64,000 bases of DNA from Gammaproteobacteria bacterium (lineage in GTDB: Bacteria; Pseudomonadota; Gammaproteobacteria; JBCCGL01): NCBI GenBank assembly GCA_965277715.1, contig OZ255836.1:3936001-4000000 (forward strand). The letters are read 5' to 3'. The stretch's first letter is position 1. Each line of letters starts with the position of its first letter. The position numbers were made by a program, and so were the translations under genes. A model generated the notes under the pieces. That model did not search any database. It worked only from the letters and a program-made list of their open reading frames with translations, and was not told where the DNA came from. Below are positions 20,295 to 30,075 of this stretch, piece after piece.

Positions 20295-21557
20295 ATGACG
20301 ATGTGTAACCCCAATGACGATGGCTATGCTGATCTTGCCGATTACGATAATTATATCGATGGTGTGCCGCATAGAACCTTCACGCGCTTACGCGATGAAA
20401 ACCCATTGTCGTGGTCAGATTTTGTCGGGGGGAAAGGTTTTTGGAATATTGTTCGCCACGCAGATATTTTGCGTTTGAACCGCAATTTCAAATTACTCAG
20501 CTCTGCGCAGGGTATCCGTATCGATGACCAATCGCAGGAAGAGTATTTGGCAAGACGTACCTTTCAGGAGTTAGACCCGCCTGACCATACAAAAATGCGT
20601 ATTCGCGTTGCCAGTGCATTTTCAAAACCGGCGATGGCCCGTTTTGAAATGCAGGTACACGCCTTGTGTGAACGCATTCTGGACACGGCTTTTTTGCGCA
20701 CTGAATTTGATGCGGTTAATGACATTGCTAGAGCATTACCAATGTATGTGTTGGGAAAGATATTGGGTGTTCCCGAGTGTGATCTCGACTGGTTGGTCAG
20801 CAAAGGTGATGCCTTGATCGCCAATACTGACCCGGACTATACCCAGCATGTAGTGGATAAGACCGATACTGAAGCCTACCGGCTTATGCCATTTCGATCA
20901 CCAGCTGGTGCTGAGTTATATACCTACGCACGGGCGCTGATTAATAACAAAATTGATAGGGGTGAAGATACAGGGGTACTGGGTATATTGCTGGAGGCTG
21001 ATGCGGATGGAAAAGTTATTTCAGAAACTGAATTACGCAATTTTTTCTGCCTGTTGGTGGCTGCGGGTAACGATACTATCCGCTATACACTGGCTTCATC
21101 GCTGCACCTGTTGGCAAACCAACCCCACTTGCTTGATCAAATGCAAAAGGCCGATGCGACTGCTTGGAAGACAATCCCTGATGAAATGATTCGCTGGGCA
21201 TCGCCGACATTTCATTTTCGACGCACTGCCACAGCAGATTTTGAAATGCACGGTAGTCAAATAAAAAAAGGCGATAAAGTGGTGCTTTGGTTTGTGTCTG
21301 GTAATAGAGATGCAGCTGTATTTGAGAGACCATTTGAAATCGACTTGTGGCGTTTGCATAACCCACACCTTGCGTTTGGCCAGGGTGGGCCGCATGTGTG
21401 TTTGGGGATGTGGTTGGCGAGATTGCAAGTGCGCGTGTTGTTGCAGATATTTGTGCAGCGTGTTGCGAAGATTGAGCAAACGGGGAAGTCTGCTTATCTG
21501 CGTTCTAATTTTGTAGGTGGCATAAAAAAACTGCCGGTACGGATTACCTTGCGATAG
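20295..21557 (+). CDS. Cytochrome P450
   Basis: DPPDH, I-helix AAGNDT, EMIR (ExxR) and heme motif FGQGGPHVCLG. Confidence 0.95.
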   Translation: MTMCNPNDDGYADLADYDNYIDGVPHRTFTRLRDENPLSWSDFVGGKGFWNIVRHADILRLNRNFKLLSSAQGIRIDDQSQEEYLARRTFQELDPPDHTKMRIRVASAFSKPAMARFEMQVHALCERILDTAFLRTEFDAVNDIARALPMYVLGKILGVPECDLDWLVSKGDALIANTDPDYTQHVVDKTDTEAYRLMPFRSPAGAELYTYARALINNKIDRGEDTGVLGILLEADADGKVISETELRNFFCLLVAAGNDTIRYTLASSLHLLANQPHLLDQMQKADATAWKTIPDEMIRWASPTFHFRRTATADFEMHGSQIKKGDKVVLWFVSGNRDAAVFERPFEIDLWRLHNPHLAFGQGGPHVCLGMWLARLQVRVLLQIFVQRVAKIEQTGKSAYLRSNFVGGIKKLPVRITLR

Positions 21558-21579
21558 AAATTTTTGTTGGGAGAGTGGG

Positions 21580-22866
21580 ATGAATAACGAACGATTAAGG
21601 GTACTTTTTTGTGACCATTTGAGTTTGGCTCGTGGGAAATATCTCAGCGTCAACAAAATGAATGATACAACTACCCGCCTGTGCCAGGGGGTGTATGCAC
21701 TTACCTACAGTAAAAATTTAGTGCCTGCACCCGGCGGTAGTTTGTTGCAGGGGTTGCACGATATGGTTTTGAGCTATTCGGCGAGTGACATCCGTGATTG
21801 CTGGCAGGCCGATACCAAAGTAGTTATCGCCGATCAGCTGGACAGTGCGGGTATTGCCCTGCCTATGTGTGGCCGCAGCTTGCTCAAACGCACTGTGGCA
21901 CAGTGGGTTGATAAAGGGCTTATGCCCAAGGTAGGTGTTGAGTTGGAAGCATTTGCCTTTGTGCGTGATGAACAGAGTGGATTACAGCCATACCATACTC
22001 CCGGTGCCTTTGTTTATGGTACTGGCCCGATGCTTGATCCAAATGGTTTTTCTGATGCTATCTGGTCAAAAGCCAGTGAGCTGGGGTTTGCGCTGGAATC
22101 AATGAGTAGCGAATTTGACGCCCCCCAGTTTGAATTTACCCTGAAATATAACGATGCCGTCAAAGCCGTCGACGATACGTTTCTGTTTCGCCAAATGGCC
22201 CGTGAGGTCGCTTATGAGCGCGGTATTGTGCTGACTTTTATGCCAAAACCTATCGATACGTTAGGCGGCAGTGGCGTACATATTAATATCAGTTTCAACG
22301 ACGACGCTGGCGAGAATATTATTCTCGATGACAAGGGTGTTCACGGGTTAAGCGATATTGCACAGGGCAGTATTGCGGGTTTGCTCCACCACCACACTGC
22401 GCTGGCGGGGTTAATTGCACCAACGGTCAACTCTTATCAACGTTTGCGGCCAGCCAGTCTTGCTGGGTACTGGAAAAACTGGGGCATCGACCACCGTGGC
22501 GTCACGGTACGTATAGCTAATGATACGCCGCAATCGGCGCGTATTGAACACCGTATGGGAGACGCTGGTGCTAACCCCTACACACAGGTTGCTGCAATAT
22601 TGCAGGCAGCGCTGTTGGGTGTCGAGCATCACTATGTACTTCCACCGCCCGAATCGCGGGATTGCCTTGAGTCACAAGATGCTACCTGCGGTGTAGGGGA
22701 GAGCCTGTCTGGTGCATTGGATGCATTAGAAAACGACTCGGTGTTTAGCACAGCAATAGGAGAAATGCTGATTGGAAATCATATCGGTATTAAGCGCGCC
22801 GAAATAGATGAAGTCAGTAAGGGCTGTGACAGTAATGTACGTGATTATTATATTTATTATATTTAA
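21580..22866 (+). CDS. Glutamine synthetase family protein (probable gamma-glutamyl-amine ligase)
   Basis: VGVELEAF, QFEF, FMPKP, GSGVHINIS, NSYQRL and RIEHR; divergent from housekeeping GlnA. Confidence 0.88.
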   Translation: MNNERLRVLFCDHLSLARGKYLSVNKMNDTTTRLCQGVYALTYSKNLVPAPGGSLLQGLHDMVLSYSASDIRDCWQADTKVVIADQLDSAGIALPMCGRSLLKRTVAQWVDKGLMPKVGVELEAFAFVRDEQSGLQPYHTPGAFVYGTGPMLDPNGFSDAIWSKASELGFALESMSSEFDAPQFEFTLKYNDAVKAVDDTFLFRQMAREVAYERGIVLTFMPKPIDTLGGSGVHINISFNDDAGENIILDDKGVHGLSDIAQGSIAGLLHHHTALAGLIAPTVNSYQRLRPASLAGYWKNWGIDHRGVTVRIANDTPQSARIEHRMGDAGANPYTQVAAILQAALLGVEHHYVLPPPESRDCLESQDATCGVGESLSGALDALENDSVFSTAIGEMLIGNHIGIKRAEIDEVSKGCDSNVRDYYIYYI

Positions 22867-22894
22867 CCTAAATTAATTAAAAGGGGGTTAACCC

Positions 22895-23593
22895 ATGCAA
22901 GTGTCAATCACCACGCAGTCAATACAATTTTCCAGTGATAATAGTCATCTGTACAATGCGTATCTCGCATCACCTGTACAGCCGTCGCCTCAACAGGATA
23001 TAGGGATCATTCTGTTACACGATTGCTGGGGAATGTCACAGCATTCACATGAAATTGCCGAAAATTTTTCGCGATATGGTTGCACTGTATTACTGCCCGA
23101 TCTTTACGATCAAACCCCGCCCACTACGCAAGCCCAGGCTGATGAGATGATGTACCAACTCGATTGGCATCAGGCGGCCAAGCATGTTGTGAATGGTGCT
23201 GCCCGCTATTTGATGACGCGCTGCACACGTGTTTGTGTTGTCGGTTTATCTATGGGTAGTGGCATCGCTATAATGTCTGCGACATTAAATACTCTTATTA
23301 ATAAATATGCTTGTTTTTATGGTTTACCCGAGTTGGTGACGTTACCGGTTGAGCGAATTAGTTCGCCGGTACAGGGACATTTTGTTGAATCGGAGGAAAA
23401 TGATTTATGGTGCCCACCAGATAGAGTACAGACGTTTATCGATTCGATGGCAGAGCACAATAAACAACTCGAAATACACTGGTACAAAGATGCGATGCAT
23501 GGGTTTATGAATCACCGTAAAACAGCGATGTATTGTGCTCAAGCGTGCAAACTAGCGACTGCCCGCACCTTGAAATTTCTAAATGCAACATAA
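22895..23593 (+). CDS. Dienelactone hydrolase family protein
   Basis: HDCWG, PDLY, GLSMG (Ser at the nucleophile position), FYG and HGFMN. Confidence 0.8.
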   Translation: MQVSITTQSIQFSSDNSHLYNAYLASPVQPSPQQDIGIILLHDCWGMSQHSHEIAENFSRYGCTVLLPDLYDQTPPTTQAQADEMMYQLDWHQAAKHVVNGAARYLMTRCTRVCVVGLSMGSGIAIMSATLNTLINKYACFYGLPELVTLPVERISSPVQGHFVESEENDLWCPPDRVQTFIDSMAEHNKQLEIHWYKDAMHGFMNHRKTAMYCAQACKLATARTLKFLNAT

Positions 23594-23595
23594 CT

Positions 23596-24261
23596 ATGGT
23601 TGATCCGAAAATAGCGGTGGGGCAACCCCGAGGCCTCTATATCGTGATGACCGATATTGACAATACACAGCGTGATGAATTTAACCGATGGTATGACAGT
23701 GAGCATCTTGCTGATGTGGCCTCAAAGCCGGGGGTATTATCAGGTATGCGTTACTTTGCCGGTGTGGCGGGAAAGGCCGATGGTCGGCAAGGTTGGCCAC
23801 AATATGTGGCAATGTATGAACTGCTTGATTGTGCTGTGGTGGAACACCCCTCGTTTGAACTGTTAGACACCCAACCGAGTGAGTGGAGTCTGCGCATGTC
23901 TCCCCGAGTCATTGGCCGTAATGTGCAACGTTATTTGGCGGAACTGCGGGTGAGCTGTAATGGTTGTGAACCGGGACAACCCTACCCACAACAGCTTGTG
24001 ATTGAGCGTGGGGATTCTGCACCTTCACCCCATGAACTGGATATATTGGTTAATAAGACCGAGAATAGTTTTTTTCGATACTATCGTGTACTTGAGGGCA
24101 ATAGTGACCACTTACTCATTTATGCGCCCAAGCAATTATCACAACATCTTTCCCCTTACTTGCGCAACCATGCTCCAGGGTCACCGTGTGTATACCATGC
24201 TGGAAAGGTATACACACGTGAAAAACGAGACCAACAAGGCGTGACAGAAAATGAACTATGA
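23596..24261 (+). CDS. EthD/DUF4286-like dimeric alpha-beta barrel protein
   Basis: EFNRWYDSEHL...PGVLSG.RY and YVAMYEL motifs. Confidence 0.6.
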   Translation: MVDPKIAVGQPRGLYIVMTDIDNTQRDEFNRWYDSEHLADVASKPGVLSGMRYFAGVAGKADGRQGWPQYVAMYELLDCAVVEHPSFELLDTQPSEWSLRMSPRVIGRNVQRYLAELRVSCNGCEPGQPYPQQLVIERGDSAPSPHELDILVNKTENSFFRYYRVLEGNSDHLLIYAPKQLSQHLSPYLRNHAPGSPCVYHAGKVYTREKRDQQGVTENEL

Positions 24262-24772
24262 ATCCGTACTGACACCGGAAATGACATTGGGGCCATTTTT
24301 CCCTCAACAATTACTGGATAAAAAATCCAATAGCTTGCAAGGTTTTGTCGATGGGTGCCCGATGGAGAAAATTGACCTGTCTGGCTGCGTTTACGATAAA
24401 GATAAACAAGGCGTGCAGCGCTGTTTACTCGAAGTTGAAATAATAGGCGCTCTGTGCCAAAACACGCATACAGTGGCGCGCACGCTGACGAATAATGACG
24501 GTTGCTATCAGTTTTTTATACAGAAACCGGTACAGGCAGCATTGCAACTGACGATTTTCTGCTCGGGAATTAATCGCCTATTAACGGTGATTTATTTTGC
24601 TGACGCGCTACCTGACTATGGTCATTCAGACTTCTTTCATTCTGCCGGTTCTCGGCAAACGCTATTGATAGCCCAGCCAGATAACACCAAACAAGCGTCA
24701 CCAGGGTGGTGTGGCTACCGGTTTGATATACGCTTGTGCGGAGAGAATGAAACCCCGTTTTTATTGGAATAG
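24251..24772 (+). CDS. pcaG: Protocatechuate 3,4-dioxygenase alpha-like subunit (divergent)
   Basis: TPEMTLGPF, GCVYD, GINRLLTVIYF and YRFDIRLCGENETPF; adjacent to a beta-like gene. Confidence 0.65.
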   Translation: MNYESVLTPEMTLGPFFPQQLLDKKSNSLQGFVDGCPMEKIDLSGCVYDKDKQGVQRCLLEVEIIGALCQNTHTVARTLTNNDGCYQFFIQKPVQAALQLTIFCSGINRLLTVIYFADALPDYGHSDFFHSAGSRQTLLIAQPDNTKQASPGWCGYRFDIRLCGENETPFLLE

Positions 24773-24773
24773 G

Positions 24774-25457
24774 ATGATGCAGCCTCCCCATAGCCGTATG
24801 AATATCGATGCTAACAATATTGCTCGCGTCAGCGCCGGGGATACCCACAGTATGGCGCGTACCCCTACTCAACCACTGCTAGCCGTTGGTTACGGTGATA
24901 ACCCTGCATCACGCTCTCCACTGCCTGCTATACGAGCTGACGAATATGATTTAACAGGTCTGTACGAAGAAAAAAACCGTGCCAGTGGCGATTATGTATG
25001 GGTTATAGGGCGTGTTGTTAATCAGAGAGGCGATCCACTGCCTGGACAATTGTTAGAAATGTGGGCAGCCAATTGCTATGGGCAATATGTGCATGAAATT
25101 TCGGCTGAGGAAAACCGTGATCCGTATTTTGCGGGTTGCGGTCGCACTTATACTGATGACCAGGGTTGCTATCAATTTATTACCCCGAAACCGGGTGCTT
25201 ATCTTGCCGCCCAAAAAATAAACTGGTGGCGGCCACCGCATTTGCATTTGTCATTGTTAGGTTCGGGAACACGACTAGTGACGCAAATGCTATTCCCCGG
25301 TGATCCGTTAAATGCACTCGATTTAACGTTGCAAACGATACTTGACACGGCAATGCAATCCAGGGTTATCGCCAAACTACTGGATACGCAACAACGATCT
25401 GATGGGCGAACCGTGCAGCGTTATCGATTTGATATAACCGTATGGGCCAAGCACTAA
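24774..25457 (+). CDS. pcaH: Protocatechuate 3,4-dioxygenase beta-like subunit (intradiol dioxygenase)
   Basis: Iron-ligand motifs GQYVH, KPGAY and WRPPHLH; RLVTQM.FPGDP. Confidence 0.75.
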   Translation: MMQPPHSRMNIDANNIARVSAGDTHSMARTPTQPLLAVGYGDNPASRSPLPAIRADEYDLTGLYEEKNRASGDYVWVIGRVVNQRGDPLPGQLLEMWAANCYGQYVHEISAEENRDPYFAGCGRTYTDDQGCYQFITPKPGAYLAAQKINWWRPPHLHLSLLGSGTRLVTQMLFPGDPLNALDLTLQTILDTAMQSRVIAKLLDTQQRSDGRTVQRYRFDITVWAKH

Positions 25458-25605
25458 GGAACGTGTACGAAATAAACACTGGGGTTCGTCAATGCATCGA
25501 TTTACCTTATATCTGAATTGGCTTGAGTGTGTTATTAAAAAATGGCACATTATTGAAATAACATAATAAAAGCGGAAGTTATTTCGTGCACGTTCCTTAT
25601 CGAGG

Positions 25606-26403
25606 TTAAGTGTGTTGCCCAATAAACCTCAGCACGAGGTTATTGCAGACATCAGGCTGCTCCCAGAATACTGCATGGCCTGCCCCAGGCACGGCAGTGA
25701 ACTGACAATCTGGAATCGGTTTGGCCAATAACTGCATTAATGCGGGCGGGGAGAGCAGATCGGCTTCTCCGGCAATCATAAGTACAGGCATACGCAGGGT
25801 TGCCAGCCGTGCATAATCCATTGCTTGGCGTAGCGGTTGGTGTAGGTCGATGGCTTCTGGTCTACGACTATTGTGCTCAATTTCCAGCCAGCGGCGCACA
25901 CCTTCAGGGTTAAACCCACGGTATGTCGGGCCAATTTCACGCAACTCGGCGGGTAGTGCCTGCATGGCAGCAGGCCATATTCGTTGTTGTATATTTACAT
26001 AAGCCTTATCTTTAACGCCACCCAGTGTACAGGCAGCTACCAGGCTAATTACCTGAGCAGGGTAGGTTGATGCATAGTCCAGCGCAACGATAGCGCCTGC
26101 CGCTATTGATACCAAATGAAAATGCTCAACCCCCAAATGCGTTACCAACGCATGTAAGTCATCACAAACATCGACAGTAAGTACTTTGGATGCGTCAGAT
26201 TGTGATCGACCCCAGCCCCTTCGGTCATAAACAATGCAACGATACCCCGCCGCAGTGAAGGCAGGTAATTGATTGTACCAACTGTCACAATTGCCAGATG
26301 CTGCGTGTAATAAAACGATGGCTGGTGTGTCGGCCGCTCCCCCGCTGTCCTGATACCAGAGGCGGGCGCCGGAAAAATTAAAATAGGGCATCAAAAGTTC
26401 CAT
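25606..26403 (-). CDS. Alpha/beta-hydrolase fold protein
   Basis: LLHA, YDRRGWGRS, GEAD and GAGHAVFWEQP. The nucleophile elbow is atypical (SIAAG). Confidence 0.85.
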   Translation of the reverse strand: MELLMPYFNFSGARLWYQDSGGAADTPAIVLLHAASGNCDSWYNQLPAFTAAGYRCIVYDRRGWGRSQSDASKVLTVDVCDDLHALVTHLGVEHFHLVSIAAGAIVALDYASTYPAQVISLVAACTLGGVKDKAYVNIQQRIWPAAMQALPAELREIGPTYRGFNPEGVRRWLEIEHNSRRPEAIDLHQPLRQAMDYARLATLRMPVLMIAGEADLLSPPALMQLLAKPIPDCQFTAVPGAGHAVFWEQPDVCNNLVLRFIGQHT

Positions 26404-26429
26404 AAAGTGCTGAGGTTATTAGCGCCTGT

Positions 26430-26463
26430 TTAACCTAAATTCAACTGAGGAATTTAGGTTTAA
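26430..26463. repeat. Family A palindrome, internally deleted copy
   Basis: AACCTAAATTC-aactgag-GAATTTAGGTT. Confidence 0.8.
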
Positions 26464-26707
26464 AGACAGAATTCAGGTATAACGGCATAAGTAGTCTATT
26501 TATTGGCCGCTGGCATCATTATTGTGTTGGTGAGGTAAACACAGGCTCGATATCAAAGTATTTGAGAATGGGCACAATGGGGCTAAATATACTCGTTGTA
26601 TCAGACCTTTTCATATGTCGGCCCACTGCTTTGTTATATTTTGTGAAAAAATCACATTTATGCAGGTTTTTTCTCAAGAGTTAACCTCGGTGGGTTATTT
26701 TTGTAGG

Positions 26708-26978
26708 TTACCTATATTCCGATTTTATCGCCTCAGTGTGCTCGCCCAAAGCGGGTGTTTCACGGGCGATAAAATCGCGCCCAGCACGTTGTGCCGCCGG
26801 GCTGACAACATGCTTTGCACCCGAGGGGGTAGGCGTTTCACAGCGCCGTAACTGGGAGTGCGTGGCCAGGCCGCTGACATCGTTCAGGTTGCCGTAGGCG
26901 ATATCAGCCGCGTTGAGTTTTTCTACTACCTTCGTGTGCGCATAGGCGGCAAATACCGGGCGGATAACCGCGTCCATC
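26708..26978 (-). pseudogene. 3' remnant of a CaiB/BaiF CoA-transferase (intact paralogue at 32985-34103)
   Basis: Near-identical to 32985-33255. Joined directly to the sequence found upstream of the intact copy (ATTGCTACGGTGGATC). Confidence 0.9.
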
Positions 26979-27005
26979 ATTGCTACGGTGGATCACATCA
27001 AACAA

Positions 27006-28160
27006 TTAAAACGACTTGGGTAACCCCAGTACATGCGTGGCGACATTAGACAATATTAAATTTGTCGAGATGGGGGCCACTTGGTAAAGGCGGGTTTCCC
27101 GGAATTTTCGCTCGACATCGTATTCGGTGGCAAAACCATAACCACCGTGGGTTTGCAGGCAGGTGTCAGCCGCTGCCCACGAGGCCTCTGAGGCCAATAG
27201 TTTTGCCATATTTGCCTCTGATCCACACTTCTCACCGGCATCAAATAGCGCGCAAGCATGTTCGACCATCTGCGCGGCGGCCTGGGTTTGCACATAGGCG
27301 CGGGCGATGGGAAATTGCACGCCCTGGTTTTTACCAATGGGCGCACCAAACACCTCGCGGTTGTTGGCGTAGTCGGTGGCTTTTTCGATAAACCAGCGCG
27401 CATCGCCGATACACTCTGCGGCGATCAAAATGCGCTCGGCATTCATGCCGTCGAGAATATAGCGAAAACCTTTGCCTTCCTCGCCCAACAGGCTCCCGGT
27501 GGGCACCCGTAAGTTATCGAAGAACAGCTCGGTGGTGGCGTGGTTGAGCATGGTGTCCAGCGTCTGAATCGTCAGCCCATTGCCGCGTGCTGTGCGTATA
27601 TCCACTAAAAAAACCGACATGCCATCGGTGGTTTTGGCGCATTGCTCGCGTGGGGTTGTACGTGCAAGTAACAACATTAGATCGGAGTGTTCGGTGCGTG
27701 AGATAAACACCTTTTGGCCATTGATCAGGTAACTGTCGCCATCGCGCACCGCGTGGGTGCGAATGCGCGTGGTATCCGTACCACTGCCTGGCTCGGTAAC
27801 GCCAAATGCCTGCAAACGCAATTCGCCCGAGGCGATAGCGGGCAGGTAGTGGCTTTTTTGTGCATCACTACCGTGCCGCAGTAGGGTGCCCATAGTGTAC
27901 ATCTGGGCATGGCAGGCGCCGCCGTTAGCACCACTGCGCTGAATTTCCTCCAGCACAGCACAGCCTGCAGCCAGATCGAGCCCGGATCCACCGTAGGCCT
28001 CGGGAATCAAAGTGGCGAGATACCCGGCGTCGGTGAGTGCGTTGATAAATGCAGTGGGGTACTGTTTTTTGGCATCCAGCTCACGCCAATAAGTGCCAGT
28101 GAAATCCGCGCACAACTTACTGACGGCTTCGCGTATTTCCGGGTAGGTTTGTTGCTTCAT
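27006..28160 (-). CDS. Acyl-CoA dehydrogenase family protein
   Basis: FGVTEPGSGTD, INGQKVFIS, ERILIA, REVFGAPIG and QTHGGYG. Confidence 0.93.
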   Translation of the reverse strand: MKQQTYPEIREAVSKLCADFTGTYWRELDAKKQYPTAFINALTDAGYLATLIPEAYGGSGLDLAAGCAVLEEIQRSGANGGACHAQMYTMGTLLRHGSDAQKSHYLPAIASGELRLQAFGVTEPGSGTDTTRIRTHAVRDGDSYLINGQKVFISRTEHSDLMLLLARTTPREQCAKTTDGMSVFLVDIRTARGNGLTIQTLDTMLNHATTELFFDNLRVPTGSLLGEEGKGFRYILDGMNAERILIAAECIGDARWFIEKATDYANNREVFGAPIGKNQGVQFPIARAYVQTQAAAQMVEHACALFDAGEKCGSEANMAKLLASEASWAAADTCLQTHGGYGFATEYDVERKFRETRLYQVAPISTNLILSNVATHVLGLPKSF

Positions 28161-28175
28161 AATCGGTTTAATGAC

Positions 28176-29024
28176 TTATTCAGAGTTTGGATCAATACCC
28201 GCCTTTTTCAACAAAGCGTATAGCCGCTCTTTTTCTTGAAGTGCGGCTTCTTTTTGCCTGTGCGCCTCCTGTTCGTTTTTTAGCGCGGCTTCTTTCTGCC
28301 TGCGTTCGTCGTTCATCGCCTTAACCGCCTCGCTTAGTGAACGCTGCCGGGACTTTTCCTCCCGGAGAATATTCTGTCGGGCCTGGTAAAGGTGGTAATC
28401 CTGCTCTTTCTCTGAAAATCGTTTCAATATGGCCATCGCCTGCCTCATTTCTTCGGTATCAAGTTCTGTGGGAAGTACTTCCCACTTGTCTGCATCCTTA
28501 AAAAAATACATCCATTGGTCTTTCGCTTCAAGGTTGTGGTGCCGTCGCCACTTTTCCAGTTCCAGTACATGGATAGCGCAGTGAGGCGAAAGCACACGCT
28601 GCTGTTCAAGATCCGCCATTTGAAAGCGGTGGTGATAACAGTCACTGTCCTTGAATAGGTTTTCACCCAATAGCCAGATGGATATCGAGGGTTGCAGCTT
28701 GTGATAGTCCTGCCCACTCTGGATCTGCGCACCGTAAATATCACTCCAACAATACAGCATTCGCTCCGGTAGATAGGGGAATACATTTAATTGTAGCTCC
28801 ACCTGATAGGTGTTATTGGCCGCATCACGGGCTTTTATATCGACTATGGTGAGTTTGTCTGACAGGTATTCTTTTTCATTGTAAGGGTTGAGGATTTCAA
28901 CGTCTGTGATGGGACTCTCAGGGGTGAGTACGCCATTGAGAAAGTGAATCAGCAGTGGGGTATTTTCCGGTGCGCCCAGGATGGCTTTAAAGACACAATC
29001 AATTTTTGGATCAATGAGGGGCAT
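28176..29024 (-). CDS. Rpn-family PD-(D/E)XK nuclease, copy 1 (282 aa; 1 tail repeat)
   Basis: IDPKIDCVFK, FLNGVL, VDIKARD...QVELQ and RMLY motifs of the PDDEXK_2/TIGR01784 family; charged coiled-coil tail. Confidence 0.9.
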   Translation of the reverse strand: MPLIDPKIDCVFKAILGAPENTPLLIHFLNGVLTPESPITDVEILNPYNEKEYLSDKLTIVDIKARDAANNTYQVELQLNVFPYLPERMLYCWSDIYGAQIQSGQDYHKLQPSISIWLLGENLFKDSDCYHHRFQMADLEQQRVLSPHCAIHVLELEKWRRHHNLEAKDQWMYFFKDADKWEVLPTELDTEEMRQAMAILKRFSEKEQDYHLYQARQNILREEKSRQRSLSEAVKAMNDERRQKEAALKNEQEAHRQKEAALQEKERLYALLKKAGIDPNSE

Positions 29025-29062
29025 GGTGTGTTTGTTGGCGGCGCTATAGTCGGTTTAATGAC

Positions 29063-30037
29063 TTATTCAGAGTCGGGATCAATACCCGCCTTTTTCAACA
29101 AAGCGTATAGCCGCTGTTTTTCTTGAAGTGCGGCTTCTTTCTGCCTACGCTCTTCCTGCTCCTTTTTCAATGCGGCTTCTTTCTGCCTACGCTCTTCCTG
29201 CTCCTTTTTCAATGCGGCTTCTTTTTGCCTACGCTCTTCCTGCTCCTTTTTCAATGCGGCTTCTTTTTGCCTACGCTCTTCCTGCTCCTTTTTCAATGCG
29301 GCTTCTTTTTGCCTGCGTTCGTCGTTCATCGCCTTAACCGCCTCGCTTAGTGAACGCTGCCGGGACTTTTCCTCCCGAAGAATGTTCTGACGGGCCTGGT
29401 AAAGGTGGTAATCCTGCTCTTTCTCTGAAAATCGTTTCAATATGGCCATCGCCTGCCTCATTTCTTCGGTATCAAGTTCTGTGGGAAGTACTTCCCACTT
29501 GTCTGCATCCTTAAAAAAATACATCCATTGGTCTTTCGCTTCAAGGTTATGGTGCCGTCGCCACTTTTCCAGTTCCAGTACATGGATAGCGCAGTGGGGC
29601 GAAAGCACACGCTGCTGTTCAAGATCCGCCATTTGAAAGCGGTGGTGATAACAGTCACTGTCCTTGAATAGGTTTTCACCCAATAGCCAGATGGATATCG
29701 AGGGTTGCAGCTTGTGATAGTCCTGCCCACTCTGGATCTGCGCACCGTAAATATCACTCCAACAATACAGCATTCGCTCCGGTAGATAGGGGAATACATT
29801 TAATTGTAGCTCCACCTGATAGGTGTTATTGGCCGCATCACGGGCTTTTATATCGACTATGGTGAGTTTGTCTGACAGGTATTCTTTTTCATTGTAAGGG
29901 TTGAGGATTTCAACGTCTGTGATGGGACTCTCAGGGGTGAGTACGCCATTGAGAAAGTGAATCAGCAGTGGGGTATTTTCCGGTGCGCCCAGGATGGCTT
30001 TAAAGACACAATCAATTTTTGGATCAATGAGGGGCAT
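29063..30037 (-). CDS. Rpn-family nuclease, copy 2 (324 aa; 4 tail repeats)
   Basis: Nuclease domain identical to copy 1 in translation; four RRQKEAALKKEQEE units. Confidence 0.9.
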   Translation of the reverse strand: MPLIDPKIDCVFKAILGAPENTPLLIHFLNGVLTPESPITDVEILNPYNEKEYLSDKLTIVDIKARDAANNTYQVELQLNVFPYLPERMLYCWSDIYGAQIQSGQDYHKLQPSISIWLLGENLFKDSDCYHHRFQMADLEQQRVLSPHCAIHVLELEKWRRHHNLEAKDQWMYFFKDADKWEVLPTELDTEEMRQAMAILKRFSEKEQDYHLYQARQNILREEKSRQRSLSEAVKAMNDERRQKEAALKKEQEERRQKEAALKKEQEERRQKEAALKKEQEERRQKEAALKKEQEERRQKEAALQEKQRLYALLKKAGIDPDSE

Positions 30038-30075
30038 GGTGTGTTTGTTGGCGGCGCTATAGTCGGTTTAATGAC

